Assembly (NCBI GenBank): GCA_963787255.1
Contig: CAWBCJ010000025.1
Location: forward strand, 96,001 to 160,000
DNA from: Methanobacteriota archaeon
Lineage (GTDB): Archaea > Methanobacteriota > Methanobacteria > Methanobacteriales > Methanobacteriaceae
DNA length: 64,000 nucleotides
Direction of reading: 5' to 3'
Part shown: one piece after another, positions 34,094-46,783 of the stretch
How the letters are laid out: each line of letters starts with the position of its first letter
Position numbering within the stretch: position 1 is the first letter of the stretch
Notes under the pieces: model-generated
Seen by the model: the letters and a program-made list of their open reading frames with translations, nothing else
Database searches by the model: none
Told to the model about the DNA's origin: nothing
Position numbers and translations under genes: made by a program

Positions 34094-34560
34094 GCTAGCT
34101 GCTCCATCGAATAAACCATTAATAAAGGTTTAATCATATCTTTTAAAGCTTCATTAAGTTTTTAGACCTTGAGAATATTTTAATAGTGCAATTGGCATTT
34201 CTTTGAAGTGTGTTTAGAAGCATAATATATGATTTATAAAAAGAACTTTTTTTATGAATTTCGTGCTATGCATGTAAAATCCCTGATTTTCGAAGCTTAT
34301 CAGTTTTTTATCTTATTGAGAATTTAAATACTATTTATAATTAAAATCATATATTTCTTTTTGTCAGTGTTTATATGCACAATTAATATGAATATAAAAT
34401 AAATCTAAAATTATTTTAAAATTGAAAATAATAATTAGATAAGCACATACTTAGGATAAAATTTACCTTTAAGTATTGTTGAGGTCAAATAATCAAATAT
34501 TAAAATGATTTAAATTCCTTTTAATACTTAAATTTATTATAGAATAAAATGGTGACTTGA

Positions 34561-35490
34561 ATGAGCCTTATAATGTCATATATAGGAAGAAATGGATGTG
34601 TAATGGCTGGAGATAAGCGTAGAATTGGTTTTTTCGGTGATAAAGATAAAAGAGAAAAACTTGAAGAATATCTTTACGCTGGTGCCATTATAACCGACGA
34701 AGAACTATTTAAAGTAGCAGAAGAACAGGAAATAACACTTAAAGTAGTGGACGATGCTGAAAAAGTTCGTGTTATTGAGGATGTTGTCGTTGGAGAAGTG
34801 CGGTATAAAACTCCGTTTGAAACTAAGAGAAAAAGAATTTATGCAACTACAAACGGTTATGTCCTTACAGAACTTGTAGGATCACATATCGACAAAATTG
34901 AAAATGGAGATAGCTCTATAGTCGTGTTTGGGAATAAAATAACCAAATCGAAGGCCAATGAACTTATTAAAAAGCATTGGAAATCCAAAGCTAGTCTGGA
35001 AAATGTTTCTGAAGTTTTTAAGAAAGTTATGGGGGAAGTATCAGCTATTACACCTTCTGTAAGTGATGAATATGATATTTTCACTCAGGATGTTAAATTA
35101 GATAAAAAGGAAGCTCAAAAACTTTTAAGAGAAACTATGGTTAAGGATGTTAAAGATCTTCAAAAAATGAGGGACGGATTAAGGAAACAGCTTGACCAGA
35201 CTGCAAAATCAATTGAGATGGCATCCAAAATTGTCATTGAAGGTGAAGTAGGGATGGTTAAATCTATTGAAGGTGAAAATCTCAAAATTCTCCTTAAAGA
35301 AGGTGTTCAGGCATTGGATATGGAGTGGAATGTTATTGCAGATTCAGGTAATCTGATTGAAATGAATACTGACGATCCTTCAAGCGTTATAATTGGAGAC
35401 ATGGCAGTTATTGAAAATGAAAATTTATGCATTAAAAGAACAAAGCTAAACCTCCAATGCAACGTAATTTTATGTAAAATTGATAAATAA
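34561..35490 (+). CDS. Connectase (DUF2121/MJ0548 family, proteasome-beta-related ligase)
   Basis: N-terminal M-S-L..Y.G..G.VMAGDKRRI, LEE.LY.G, KRIYAT, FGN. Confidence 0.8.
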   Translation: MSLIMSYIGRNGCVMAGDKRRIGFFGDKDKREKLEEYLYAGAIITDEELFKVAEEQEITLKVVDDAEKVRVIEDVVVGEVRYKTPFETKRKRIYATTNGYVLTELVGSHIDKIENGDSSIVVFGNKITKSKANELIKKHWKSKASLENVSEVFKKVMGEVSAITPSVSDEYDIFTQDVKLDKKEAQKLLRETMVKDVKDLQKMRDGLRKQLDQTAKSIEMASKIVIEGEVGMVKSIEGENLKILLKEGVQALDMEWNVIADSGNLIEMNTDDPSSVIIGDMAVIENENLCIKRTKLNLQCNVILCKIDK

Positions 35491-35518
35491 AAGTATAATA
35501 ATTGAAAATGGTGAATAA

Positions 35519-36331
<813 letters not shown>

Positions 36332-36558
36332 GTTTATACTAAATTACTATTTTTATTAAAGGAAGTTTAATAAGATCTCAGAATCTTTTATAATTATTTT
36401 TAATTAAAAGCTCTTAATATGATACAGAAAAATGTTATTGCAAAACATTTACAGATTGAAAAAGAATTTATTATTTTTTTTGAAAATTTATAATATTTAA
36501 AGTTTATACTAACATTATTAAATAAGTACTACAAAACTATCTATCAAAGGAGATAGTC

Positions 36559-39500
36559 ATGTTCCACAAAACTTCAATGCGGAATATAGAAGAAATTTTG
36601 CATTTTCAGGCAGATATCCTAAATAATATTCTAGATTGTGTTATAGTCGCTGATTTAGAAGGGAAAATTATTTACTGGAATAATGGGGCTGAAAAACTTT
36701 ATGGATACTCTTCTAAAGAAGTTTTGGGTCAATCTATATCAATATTATATTTAGATCAGGATAATACTAATTTTAAAAGAGATTTTGAAAACACAGAAAA
36801 AAACATTAAAGATGGAATTGAAGTTACAGGGATTTTCAAAGGCAGAAAAAAAGATGGTTCATATGTTTGGACTGATTTTAGACGAACTGCTATGAAAGAT
36901 GAGGAAGGTAACCTCTTGGGTTTTATAAGTGTAAGTCGTGATATAACTGAGCAAAAAAAAGCTGAAAAAGCACTTAGTAAAGCAGAAGAGCGCTATCGCA
37001 CTGTTGCTGATTTTACATATGATTGGGAAGAATGGATTGATCCTAATGGTAAACTTATCTACATATCTCCAAGTTGTGAACGAATTTCAGGATATTCTAA
37101 AAATGAATTCCTTAATAATCCAGATCTATTATTAGAAATAGTGCATCCTGAAGATTATGATCGACTATTAAAGCATAAAAACGAAATCGAAGTTCACGAT
37201 AAAAAAGTAGAACTCTTCAGTTTTCGAATTACAGGCCGTGATGGAAACATTAGATGGATTGAACATGTATGCAGATCTGTTTACAGCAAGGAAGGAGCAT
37301 ATATTGGCCGGAGAATAAGCAATCGTGACATTACTGGGCGAAAAAAAGCGGAAAAAGAAATTAAAAAAGTTAATATTTATAATCGCGGACTTATTGAGTC
37401 TAGTTTGGATCCGCTGGTTACTATTGGGCCAGATGGTAAAATTACGGATGTAAACAGTGCCACTGAGATGATTACTGGTTATTCTCGAAAAAAGCTTATT
37501 GGCACTGACTTTTCAGAATATTTTACATGGCCTGAAAAGGCAAGAGAGGGTTATCAAAAAGTTTTTGAAGATGGTGTTGTTCGAAACTATGAACTGGAGA
37601 TTAAAAATAAAAATGGAAGAGTGATACCAGTTTCTTATAATGCTTCTGTTTATAAGGATGAGCAGGAGAATGTTATTGGGGTTTTTGCAGCGGCACGTGA
37701 TATTACAGAACTTAAAATTGCAGAAGAATCACTTAAAGAAGCTCATGATACTTTAGAGATTAAAGTTAAAGAGAGGACTAATGAACTTGAAAAAGCCTAT
37801 GAAGCACTTAGTGAAAGTGAAGAGAAATTCCGTGAACTGTTTAACAATGCAAATGATGTAATTACCTTAGGTGAACTTACAGAAGATGGAATGCCTGGAA
37901 AGTTTATTGAAGTAAATGATGCAGCTACACAGAAATTAGGTTATAGTAAGGATGAATTGCTAAACATGACTCCTTTAGACATTATCCAAAAAGAAATAGA
38001 AAACGCGCCAAAAAATGCGCTAAAACTTTTAGAAGAAGGTAGTAGTAAATTTGAAGCGGTTCATATAGCTAAAGATGGTTCTAAAATTCCTGTTGAAGTA
38101 AACACGCACCTTTTTAAATTAAAGGGTAAGAAGGTAATTCTTGGTATTTCTCGTGATATTAGTGAGCGTAAAAGGGCTGAAGAAGAACTTAAAAAGTCTG
38201 AAGCTTATTATAAAACCATATTTGAAAATACTGGAACTGCAAGTGTAATTGTTGAAGAAGATTCCACAGTATCTCTTGTAAATGCAGAATTTGAAAAACT
38301 TTGGGGATATTCTAAAGAGGAAGTTGAAAATGAAAAGAAATGGCAAGAATTTGTAGCTGATGATTATATCCAAAAAATGGAGGAATATCATAATCTTCGA
38401 AGAATTAATCCAGAATCAGCTCCAAGAACTTATGAATTCAAATTTATTGATAAATATGACAACGTTAAAGATGTTTCGATGACGATTGCTATGATTCCGG
38501 GAACTAAAAAAAGTTTAGCATCTATTTTAGACATCACTGATACAAAAATAGCTGAAAATGCTTTGCGCAAAAGTGAAGCACAGCTTAGGGTTGCGATGGA
38601 TCTAGCCAAAATCGTATCATGGGAATATGATGTTGAATCTGATATGTTCACATTTGATGATCATTTTTATGCTTTGTACGGTACAACTGTTAAAGAAGCA
38701 GGTGGAATGCAAATGTCCCCTGAAGAGTATGCCCGAAGGTTCATTCCTCCTGAAGAGTCTTTTCTTGTAGCAGAAGAGACGACTAAAGCGTTAAAAACAG
38801 ATGATCCTAACTTTTTCAGGCAAGTTGAACATAGCATTATACGAGCTGACGGTGAAAAACGTTTTATAACTGTTCGTTATGGAATTATCAAAGATGATAA
38901 AGGTCGAACTATTAAAACATACGGCGCAAACCAGGACATTACTGAACTTAAAAAAGCCCAAGAATCCATTATTAAATCAAGAGATTATCTAGATAAAATT
39001 ATAAATTCTATAGCGGATCCTGTTCTTGTTAAGGATAAAACACATCGATGGGTGCTTTTAAACGATGCATACTGTCAGTTTATGGGTTATTCACGTGAAG
39101 AACTATTATTTAAGTCTGATTATGATTTCTTCCCTCCAAATGAAGCAGATATTTTTTGGAATAAAGATGAAGAAGTTTTAAAAACTGGCAAGGAAAATGT
39201 AAATGAAGAAGAATTCACAGATTCAAATAATAATGTGCATACTATAGTCACTAAAAAGACATTATATGAAGATATTTCTGGAGAAAAATACATAGTAGGG
39301 ATTATTAGAGATATAACTGAGTTAAAAACTGCCGAAAAGCAAAAAATACGTCATTTGAATAAATTAAATACATTAAACAAGATTATTGTAACTGCAAACC
39401 GTTCTAATGATATTGAATCTCTTTTAAATAATGTTTTAAACCTTACATTAGAATTAATGAATTTTGATGGTGGAAGAATATATTTAATCGATGAAAATAC

Positions 39501-40542
39501 CCAAGTTGCAGAAATAATATGTTCTAAGGGATTACCGGGAGATTTCCTCAAAACTGTTGATAATATCCAAATAGATGAATATCCCTATAGTGAGGTCTTT
39601 ATTAATGGAAAATCAATGTTTATGGATAGATATGATAAGCTCCGTCCTGAGTATTCCAAATGGCATTTAAAATCAGGAGCTTCAGTTCCACTATATTCAA
39701 AGAATAAGATTATAGGAGCTTTCAATCTTGAGAACTTGAAAATGCATAATTTTACAAAAGGAGAGAAGAAGCTAATAAAAGCAATAGGTAGAGAAATAGG
39801 AAATACAATTGCCAGGTTAATTACTGATGAAGAAATGAAATCTCTTATAAAAGAATTAAAACACTCCAACGATGAATTAGAACAATTCGCATATATTACC
39901 TCTCATGATTTACAGGAGCCACTTCGTACTATTGCCAGTTTCACCCAGCTTTTACAAATGCGTTATAAAGGCCAGTTAGATAGTGATGCGGATGAATTCA
40001 TGGGATATATGGTTGATGCCAGCATCAGGATGAAGAAAATGATTCAAGGTTTACTAAATTATTCTCGAATTGGGAAAGAAGGAATGGATTTAAGACAAAT
40101 AAACTTTGAACATATAGTTGATGAAGCTTTATCTAATCTTAAATTAGTAATAGAGGAAAATAATGCGGTAATTACTTATGATAAACTACCTTCAGTAATT
40201 GGAGATCACAAATTACTTGTTCAACTTCTTCAAAACTTGATTATCAATGCAATTAAATTTAAAGGCGAAAAATCCCCCGAAATTCATATATCAGCTAGAA
40301 AAAGTGAAAAAGAAGATAAATATATTATTTCTGTAGAGGATAATGGAATAGGAATTGATCCTCAGTATGCGGACCGTATATTTAAAGTCTTTAAACGTCT
40401 GCATACTCTAGATGAATATGAAGGAGCAGGAATTGGATTATCAATCGCGAAAAGAATAGTTGAAAATCATGGTGGCAGAATTTGGGTTGAATCAGAACTA
40501 AATAAAGGATCTAAATTTTATTTCACCCTCAAATCTTACTAA
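36559..40542 (+). CDS. Cytoplasmic multi-PAS (about 7) + GAF histidine kinase
   Basis: Repeated DIT/DIS PAC ends; FAYITSHDLQEPLR H-box; NLIINAIKF, DNGIGI, GAGIGL; no TM. Confidence 0.92.
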   Translation: MFHKTSMRNIEEILHFQADILNNILDCVIVADLEGKIIYWNNGAEKLYGYSSKEVLGQSISILYLDQDNTNFKRDFENTEKNIKDGIEVTGIFKGRKKDGSYVWTDFRRTAMKDEEGNLLGFISVSRDITEQKKAEKALSKAEERYRTVADFTYDWEEWIDPNGKLIYISPSCERISGYSKNEFLNNPDLLLEIVHPEDYDRLLKHKNEIEVHDKKVELFSFRITGRDGNIRWIEHVCRSVYSKEGAYIGRRISNRDITGRKKAEKEIKKVNIYNRGLIESSLDPLVTIGPDGKITDVNSATEMITGYSRKKLIGTDFSEYFTWPEKAREGYQKVFEDGVVRNYELEIKNKNGRVIPVSYNASVYKDEQENVIGVFAAARDITELKIAEESLKEAHDTLEIKVKERTNELEKAYEALSESEEKFRELFNNANDVITLGELTEDGMPGKFIEVNDAATQKLGYSKDELLNMTPLDIIQKEIENAPKNALKLLEEGSSKFEAVHIAKDGSKIPVEVNTHLFKLKGKKVILGISRDISERKRAEEELKKSEAYYKTIFENTGTASVIVEEDSTVSLVNAEFEKLWGYSKEEVENEKKWQEFVADDYIQKMEEYHNLRRINPESAPRTYEFKFIDKYDNVKDVSMTIAMIPGTKKSLASILDITDTKIAENALRKSEAQLRVAMDLAKIVSWEYDVESDMFTFDDHFYALYGTTVKEAGGMQMSPEEYARRFIPPEESFLVAEETTKALKTDDPNFFRQVEHSIIRADGEKRFITVRYGIIKDDKGRTIKTYGANQDITELKKAQESIIKSRDYLDKIINSIADPVLVKDKTHRWVLLNDAYCQFMGYSREELLFKSDYDFFPPNEADIFWNKDEEVLKTGKENVNEEEFTDSNNNVHTIVTKKTLYEDISGEKYIVGIIRDITELKTAEKQKIRHLNKLNTLNKIIVTANRSNDIESLLNNVLNLTLELMNFDGGRIYLIDENTQVAEIICSKGLPGDFLKTVDNIQIDEYPYSEVFINGKSMFMDRYDKLRPEYSKWHLKSGASVPLYSKNKIIGAFNLENLKMHNFTKGEKKLIKAIGREIGNTIARLITDEEMKSLIKELKHSNDELEQFAYITSHDLQEPLRTIASFTQLLQMRYKGQLDSDADEFMGYMVDASIRMKKMIQGLLNYSRIGKEGMDLRQINFEHIVDEALSNLKLVIEENNAVITYDKLPSVIGDHKLLVQLLQNLIINAIKFKGEKSPEIHISARKSEKEDKYIISVEDNGIGIDPQYADRIFKVFKRLHTLDEYEGAGIGLSIAKRIVENHGGRIWVESELNKGSKFYFTLKSY

Positions 40543-40562
40543 AAAAGTCATAAATATTTTTT

Positions 40563-41657
40563 TTAAATAATTTTGTTTGGTTGAATTAAACCTGCCCTTA
40601 TAATATGATCAGCAATTATTATGGCTACAGAAGACTCAGCAACTGTTGTTACCCTTGGGCATATACAAGGATCGTGCCGTCCTTTAATTTCTATTTCAGT
40701 ATTTTTATTTTTGTTTAGATCTACTGTTTGTTGAGTTTTAGAAATTGAAGGTGTTGGTTTAACAGCCATTCTTGCAATTATGGGCATTCCATCGGATATT
40801 CCGCCAAGAATTCCACCGGCATTATTTGTTTTTGTTTTAATTTCATTGTTTTCAATGTAAAATTGGTCGTTCATTTGGGAGCCCTTTAAACTGGATGCAT
40901 GGAATCCTGCGCCAATTTCTACTCCTTTAACTGATCCAATTCCCATTAAAACCTTGGCAATATCGGCATCTAACTTATCAAATACAGGTTCTCCTAACCC
41001 TGCAGGTGCATTTAAAACAATTGCTTCAACAATTCCACCTACAGAATCTCCTTTAGATTTTAAATCCAGTATTAAATCTTCCATTTTTGCAGCAGCTTCT
41101 GTATCAGCGCATCTAACAGCATTTTCATTAATATTATTTTCTATTTCTTCTAATTTAACTTCCCTGGCTGCAATATGACCGATTTTAGTTACATGGGAAA
41201 TTACTTTAATATTCAATGTCTCAAGGAGCTTTTTAGCGACTGCACCACCTATTACATGGCCTATTGTGGTTCTTCCACTGGCTCTACCGCCTCCTCTGTA
41301 ATCATAATGCCCATACTTAGTTTTCCAGCTGAAATCCGCATGTCCGGGTCTTGGTTTACCTCTAAGAGAGGTATATGCAGATGAATCCATGTCTTTGTTG
41401 TAAACTGCTGCTGTAATGGGTGTTCCGTCAGTTTTTCCTTCAAAAATTCCTGATAAAATCTGAACTTGGTCAGTTTCTCCTCTTGAAGTTGTAATTTTAC
41501 TTGTTCCGGGTTTTCTTTTATCAAGTTCTTTTTGTATATCTTCTTGGGATAATTCCAGTCCTGCTGGACATCCGTCAACTATCGCTCCAAGTGCAGTGCC
41601 GTGGCTTGAGCCGAAAGTGGTTATTTTAAATATTTTACCTATTGAATTTCCTGACAT
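40563..41657 (-). CDS. aroC: Chorismate synthase
   Basis: [39 protein letters not shown]. Confidence 0.96.
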   Translation of the reverse strand: MSGNSIGKIFKITTFGSSHGTALGAIVDGCPAGLELSQEDIQKELDKRKPGTSKITTSRGETDQVQILSGIFEGKTDGTPITAAVYNKDMDSSAYTSLRGKPRPGHADFSWKTKYGHYDYRGGGRASGRTTIGHVIGGAVAKKLLETLNIKVISHVTKIGHIAAREVKLEEIENNINENAVRCADTEAAAKMEDLILDLKSKGDSVGGIVEAIVLNAPAGLGEPVFDKLDADIAKVLMGIGSVKGVEIGAGFHASSLKGSQMNDQFYIENNEIKTKTNNAGGILGGISDGMPIIARMAVKPTPSISKTQQTVDLNKNKNTEIEIKGRHDPCICPRVTTVAESSVAIIIADHIIRAGLIQPNKII

Positions 41658-41829
41658 GGATACAACATCCCCCAAATAAAATTATAAATTGAATTAATTA
41701 TATTCTGCTATAAAATATCTGGGTTAACCTTTATTAATATATAATAAATCTAAAACAATATGTCCGGGCTAGTTTGATCAGATTTGAAAATATTTTTAAG
41801 AGTAATATTAAGGAATGATTTTATTAAAA

Positions 41830-42276
41830 TCACATTCTTAATATAAAACCGGTTTTTTCACCCCTATTGAATCCTGCATTTTCATAAAATCTAAATATGG
41901 ATTCATCTTTGCTGCTTGTCATTAACATTACTTTGTAACAGCTCCTTTTTCGACATATTTCAACGGCCTTATTTAAAACAGTAGTTGCATATCCTTTGTT
42001 TCTATAATCGGGATGGGTAACAACATTTTCTATTATTCCATAAGGTCTTGCTGATCTTGTTAGATTCTTAATTATGGCAAGAGTGCATGATGAAACAATT
42101 TTTCCGTCTTCTTCAATAACGATGTAAAAAAGATTAGGATCAGACAGTATTTCATTCCAATGTTTTTTTACACTATGATCTACCTCTAATTCGAGGTCAT
42201 CTGGAATTAAATATTTGTAAAGTGATAATAATTGATGTAATTCATCTTCTTTTATCAATCGTGCTTTATTTATCAT
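41830..42276 (-). CDS. GNAT N-acetyltransferase
   Basis: IENVVTHPDYRNKGYA, CYKVML, FYENAGF. Confidence 0.88.
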   Translation of the reverse strand: MINKARLIKEDELHQLLSLYKYLIPDDLELEVDHSVKKHWNEILSDPNLFYIVIEEDGKIVSSCTLAIIKNLTRSARPYGIIENVVTHPDYRNKGYATTVLNKAVEICRKRSCYKVMLMTSSKDESIFRFYENAGFNRGEKTGFILRM

Positions 42277-42313
42277 TTTTAAATTCTAATTTTTTTTCTA
42301 TAATGGTTATGGA

Positions 42314-42697
42314 TTATGTTATGTCTTCTATGGAGATTATTTTCCCATCTTTAAATTTAAAGATGGATTTACTTTGAAGTTTAATTAAATCATATTTTTT
42401 AGGTCCGTCTGGTATATCCACAGCTAAAACACCTTTAAAATCAATTTTGTTTTCTACCATATCGTCCCCAAACTTTTGTTCCAGTATTTTCATTTCTCTT
42501 TTTTTAAACAAACTAAATGCATGCTCCACCTGATTTTTAAATGCAATTTTACCATTTAATTCAAGAGTTACCTTATCTCCAACAATATTTTTAAACACAA
42601 CATCCCTGTGAAGATTTCTAATCATCCCATCCGCGTCAAATTTACTATAAGCTTCAATGTACTGATCAATGATTTTCTTCATTAATTTTTCTTTCAT
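42314..42697 (-). CDS. SnoaL/NTF2-like protein
   Basis: YIEAY..FD.DGM...H.DV.F and F.FKDGKI..I.D. Confidence 0.8.
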   Translation of the reverse strand: MKEKLMKKIIDQYIEAYSKFDADGMIRNLHRDVVFKNIVGDKVTLELNGKIAFKNQVEHAFSLFKKREMKILEQKFGDDMVENKIDFKGVLAVDIPDGPKKYDLIKLQSKSIFKFKDGKIISIEDIT

Positions 42698-42852
42698 AAT
42701 TAATCTCTCTTTTAGTTGGATAATTTACTATCCTAGGTTTTTATTAAAAAACATTATAATATTAGATTGATTTAAATTTAACCAAAACCATTTATAATTC
42801 TTTAATTGTCTTTAATTTTATGACAAATATTTTTTTTGTTTGAGTGAGAAAA

Positions 42853-43551
42853 ATGCAGAATCTGATAATTGAAATTTACCAAAAACTTTATGAACTTTAC
42901 GGTGCCCAGGGATGGTGGCCATTAATCAACTATGACGGCGTAAATCTCAATAAAACCGGTGCAATAAGAGGTTATCATCCAAAAAATTATGATCTGCCCC
43001 AAAAAAGAAATGATATTTATGAAATAATATTAGGCTCGATTTTGACACAGAATACATCCTGGCTGCAGGCTGAAAAGGCATTATTCAACTTAAATGAAAT
43101 AAATGCAATAGATCCCCAAAAATTATTGCAGTTAAATGATGAAGCATTAAAATCCATGATTAAATGTGCCGGATTTTTAAATCAAAAATCAACCTATTTA
43201 AGAGAAATAACCAAATTTTTCATAGAATTAAACGGGGAGATTCCAACAAGAAAAGAATTATTGACAATTAAAGGTGTTGGAAATGAAACTGCAGATTCAA
43301 TCTTGCTCTATGCATATAAACAGCCCGAATTTGTTGTTGATACCTACACTAAACGTATATTTATACATCTAGGACTGGTAGATGAAAATATTAAATATAT
43401 GGAATTGAAGGAATTTTTTGAATCGAATTTGCCTAAGGATGTACCAGTTTATCAGGAATATCATGCTTTAATAGTGGAGCATGCCAAAAGGTACTATGGA
43501 AAAAAGCCATATGGAGTTAATGACCCATTGATTGAATTAATTTCAATTTAA
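42853..43551 (+). CDS. Endonuclease III-related HhH-GPD protein
   Basis: [36 protein letters not shown]. Confidence 0.88.
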   Translation: MQNLIIEIYQKLYELYGAQGWWPLINYDGVNLNKTGAIRGYHPKNYDLPQKRNDIYEIILGSILTQNTSWLQAEKALFNLNEINAIDPQKLLQLNDEALKSMIKCAGFLNQKSTYLREITKFFIELNGEIPTRKELLTIKGVGNETADSILLYAYKQPEFVVDTYTKRIFIHLGLVDENIKYMELKEFFESNLPKDVPVYQEYHALIVEHAKRYYGKKPYGVNDPLIELISI

Positions 43552-43580
43552 TAATAGACCAATTATTTATATAAAAAAAC

Positions 43581-44465
43581 TTGGAGATTTATAAATTGCC
43601 AAATATCAAATTTTCAGATATCAGCGTAAAATTAATTAAATTAACATTCAATTCTCGTTTTACTTTTGCAAAGGTCTGTAAAAAAGTGCCTCCATTTGCT
43701 AATGTTGTTGATAAATTATTATTTGAAGGTGACGATATACAGGTTCTTCCGCGAGATTCAGTTATTAAATCAAATAATACTGTAGTTGGTGAAGAAATTA
43801 CAATAAATATTGATGTTGAAGTACCTGAAAATGTAATGCTTCCCAGCCAGGTCCTGAAAGAAATGATAATGAAATCCAGATATCATTTTATTATGGATTC
43901 ATGTATTTGCAGAGTTTCAAATGACTGTAAAGATTATCCTCAAGAATTAGGATGTTTATTTTTAGGTAAAGGGGCTAAAAGAATTTCACCTAAATTAGGA
44001 AGACCTGTTTCAGCAGACGAAGCTATAGAATATATTGGTAAATGTCAAGAAGCAGGCTTAGTTCATATTATTGGTAGAAACAAAATTGACAGTATTTGGT
44101 TAAATACAGGACCTAAAGAAGAACTTTTATCCATCTGCAACTGCTGTTCTTGCTGTTGTTTATGGAAAATGGCGCCTGATCTTCCAGAAAATCTTGGAAA
44201 AAGCTTTTCAAAAATGGATGGTGTAGAAATAAAATTAAATGAAGCCCTTTGTGTTGGTTGCGGAAAATGTACAAAAGATATATGCTTTGTAGAAGCAATC
44301 AGTGTTGAAAATGGAAAAGCAATTATAGATATGATAAAATGTAGGTGTTGTGGGAGATGTGCTGAAATTTGTTCCAGTGGTGCTTTGACGGTTCAAATGG
44401 ATGAAGATGCTGTAAAACATTCAATTAAACGCGTTGAATCATTAGTTGATGTAAAATTAGAATGA
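43581..44465 (+). CDS. Cys-rich 4Fe-4S binding protein
   Basis: CICR...[10 protein letters not shown], two ferredoxin motifs; start possibly TTG 43596. Confidence 0.8.
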   Translation: MEIYKLPNIKFSDISVKLIKLTFNSRFTFAKVCKKVPPFANVVDKLLFEGDDIQVLPRDSVIKSNNTVVGEEITINIDVEVPENVMLPSQVLKEMIMKSRYHFIMDSCICRVSNDCKDYPQELGCLFLGKGAKRISPKLGRPVSADEAIEYIGKCQEAGLVHIIGRNKIDSIWLNTGPKEELLSICNCCSCCCLWKMAPDLPENLGKSFSKMDGVEIKLNEALCVGCGKCTKDICFVEAISVENGKAIIDMIKCRCCGRCAEICSSGALTVQMDEDAVKHSIKRVESLVDVKLE

Positions 44466-44576
44466 TTCCATAAATACGATATAAGTTTATAATCATTCTA
44501 TAACTGCCTTTTTTTGTGTATTAATATAAGGACTGTTATAATTTGGTTTTATTAGTTTCATTTAAAATTAATAATG

Positions 44577-45533
44577 TCATGTTTTCAATATTTCATTACT
44601 ATTAGGTTCTAAAAGTACTATAGCTTCGATTACGTCTGTTTCATCCATTTTTCGTTTCCATCCTGTGATAAAATCAGGTATTTGTTCTAGATTAAGCACT
44701 TCATAGAATGAAGGTTTTTTTTCTATTTTGAAATTGTCGTTTGAAAATGCAAGGATGGTGTTTATCTTTAAATGTGGAATATTCAAACCATGGGATGCTA
44801 AAAATCTGCTAAATTCAATGGTTTCTGTTTTTAACTTTCTTCCATGATTTCTATTATTTTTATTGCTTCCTTTTTCGGTTATCCATTCATTTTCATTAAT
44901 GATAATCTGTCTTCTTATCTTCTTAATTTTTATTAAAAATATTCCTGTTGGCCCAATTACAATATGATCATAATTTACTTTTTTTAAAGGAATTTTAACC
45001 TTATTTAAAATGAAATATCCTTCAGGTAACTTGCTTAAGTAATATGGGAGCTGTTTCATTCTTCCACTGCTTTTTTGGAGGTGATTGTTTTTCCGTTTAC
45101 CCCATATGTAAATAATGGAGCCTGCGGCCATGAAAACAAATGAAAGAATATAAATCAGTATTATCTGAGTGAATATGCTAAAAGTAGTGTCAATAGATGA
45201 TGTAGAGTTTAAATTATCTATATTTTGAGATATAAATATAAAAGGTGAAATATATGCAAATATAAGAACACATAAACCTAATAATGCAATTAAAAGGCCT
45301 GAAATAGCGACTAAGTTGTAATCATACGTTTTTTTATTTATTTTAGAATAGTCTTTATTTCTGTCTGTATTGTCTTTAAGGGGAGTATCATCAATTTTAT
45401 CGTAATATTCGTCTATGGTTTCATAGTATTGGAGATTTCCATTGCATTTTTCGCATACTTCAAGGTCGCGGATGTCAAAATCGGATTCAATTTCGTAATA
45501 TATCTCGCATTGGGGGCAGATTAGGTACGGCAT
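44577..45533 (-). CDS. Zn-ribbon + 2 TM + NERD-domain protein
   Basis: YLICPQC..YY...CEKC; two hydrophobic helices; LP..Y.ILN....DHIVIGPTGIF.I. Confidence 0.75.
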   Translation of the reverse strand: MPYLICPQCEIYYEIESDFDIRDLEVCEKCNGNLQYYETIDEYYDKIDDTPLKDNTDRNKDYSKINKKTYDYNLVAISGLLIALLGLCVLIFAYISPFIFISQNIDNLNSTSSIDTTFSIFTQIILIYILSFVFMAAGSIIYIWGKRKNNHLQKSSGRMKQLPYYLSKLPEGYFILNKVKIPLKKVNYDHIVIGPTGIFLIKIKKIRRQIIINENEWITEKGSNKNNRNHGRKLKTETIEFSRFLASHGLNIPHLKINTILAFSNDNFKIEKKPSFYEVLNLEQIPDFITGWKRKMDETDVIEAIVLLEPNSNEILKT

Positions 45534-45763
45534 TTTTAACACTCAACTAAATGTAATCTTATTCAATAAACATGATTCTTTTATTTATATCTCTTAAATA
45601 TTTGTGTAAATTCCCTCAAATAGTTATCAAATAACCTTCCATGATTATTTATATATTACATGACAGCATATATTTTTTAATTGATAAATCAATTTCATGA
45701 ATAATAGTTACAAAAAAATAATAATATCTTTTGAATTTACATGTTTTATGGTGTGATTATAAA

Positions 45764-46732
45764 ATGCAGTTTCCAATTACAAGAATGCGAAGATTAAGGA
45801 AGAATCCTCAAATAAGAAATATTTTAAGCGAAACAAAGCTCAACACAGAGGATTTTATTTATCCAATGTTCATTAAAGAAACATTAAAAGACGGTCAGAA
45901 GGAACATATTGACACCATGCCTGGCCAATACAGATTTTCTTTAAATGATGCTGTAGATGAGGCAAAAAAGCTTGAAGAAATGGGATTAACTTCTATTCTT
46001 TTATTTGGAATGCCAGAAAAGAAGGATGAAACAGGATCATCAGCTTACGATGACGATGGCATCGTTCAAAGGGCTGTTTATGGAATGAAAGAAGAAACAG
46101 ATCTGGTTGTAATTACAGACGTTTGCATGTGCCAGTATACTTCACATGGACACTGTGGAATAATTAAAGATGACGAAATAGTAAATGATGAAACTCTGGA
46201 ATATCTCTCCAAAATTGCATTATCTCATGCAGAAGCAGGGGCAGATATTGTAGCTCCTTCTGATATGATGGACGGCAGAGTGGGAGCTATTCGACAAATG
46301 CTTGATAATAGTAACTTTGAAGATACACTTATAATGTCTTACGCTGCTAAATTCGCATCAGCATATTATGCACCATTTAGAGAAGCTGTTTGCTCCGCTC
46401 CATGTTTTGGTGATAGAAAAACTTATCAGATGAACCCTGCAAATGCAAACGAAGCAATAAGGGAAACTGAACTGGATATATTGGAAGGAGCAGATATTGT
46501 AATGATAAAACCTGCAATAGCTTATCTTGATGTTATAAAGGCAATTAAAGACGCCTTCAAAATGCCTACAGCAGCTTATCAAGTAAGTGGCGAGTATTCA
46601 ATGATTATGGCAGGTATAGAAGCAGGATATCTAACTGAAGATGTTATATTTGAATCATTAACATCAATAAAACGTGCAGGTGCAGATCTTATCATTTCCC
46701 ATTTTGCACCTGAATTTTTAAAGCAGATATAG
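45764..46732 (+). CDS. hemB: Porphobilinogen synthase
   Basis: [42 protein letters not shown]. Confidence 0.96.
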   Translation: MQFPITRMRRLRKNPQIRNILSETKLNTEDFIYPMFIKETLKDGQKEHIDTMPGQYRFSLNDAVDEAKKLEEMGLTSILLFGMPEKKDETGSSAYDDDGIVQRAVYGMKEETDLVVITDVCMCQYTSHGHCGIIKDDEIVNDETLEYLSKIALSHAEAGADIVAPSDMMDGRVGAIRQMLDNSNFEDTLIMSYAAKFASAYYAPFREAVCSAPCFGDRKTYQMNPANANEAIRETELDILEGADIVMIKPAIAYLDVIKAIKDAFKMPTAAYQVSGEYSMIMAGIEAGYLTEDVIFESLTSIKRAGADLIISHFAPEFLKQI

Positions 46733-46783
46733 TATAAATAGAATTAAAATATTGAAAATCAAAGACTAGTTGGAGAAAACAAC

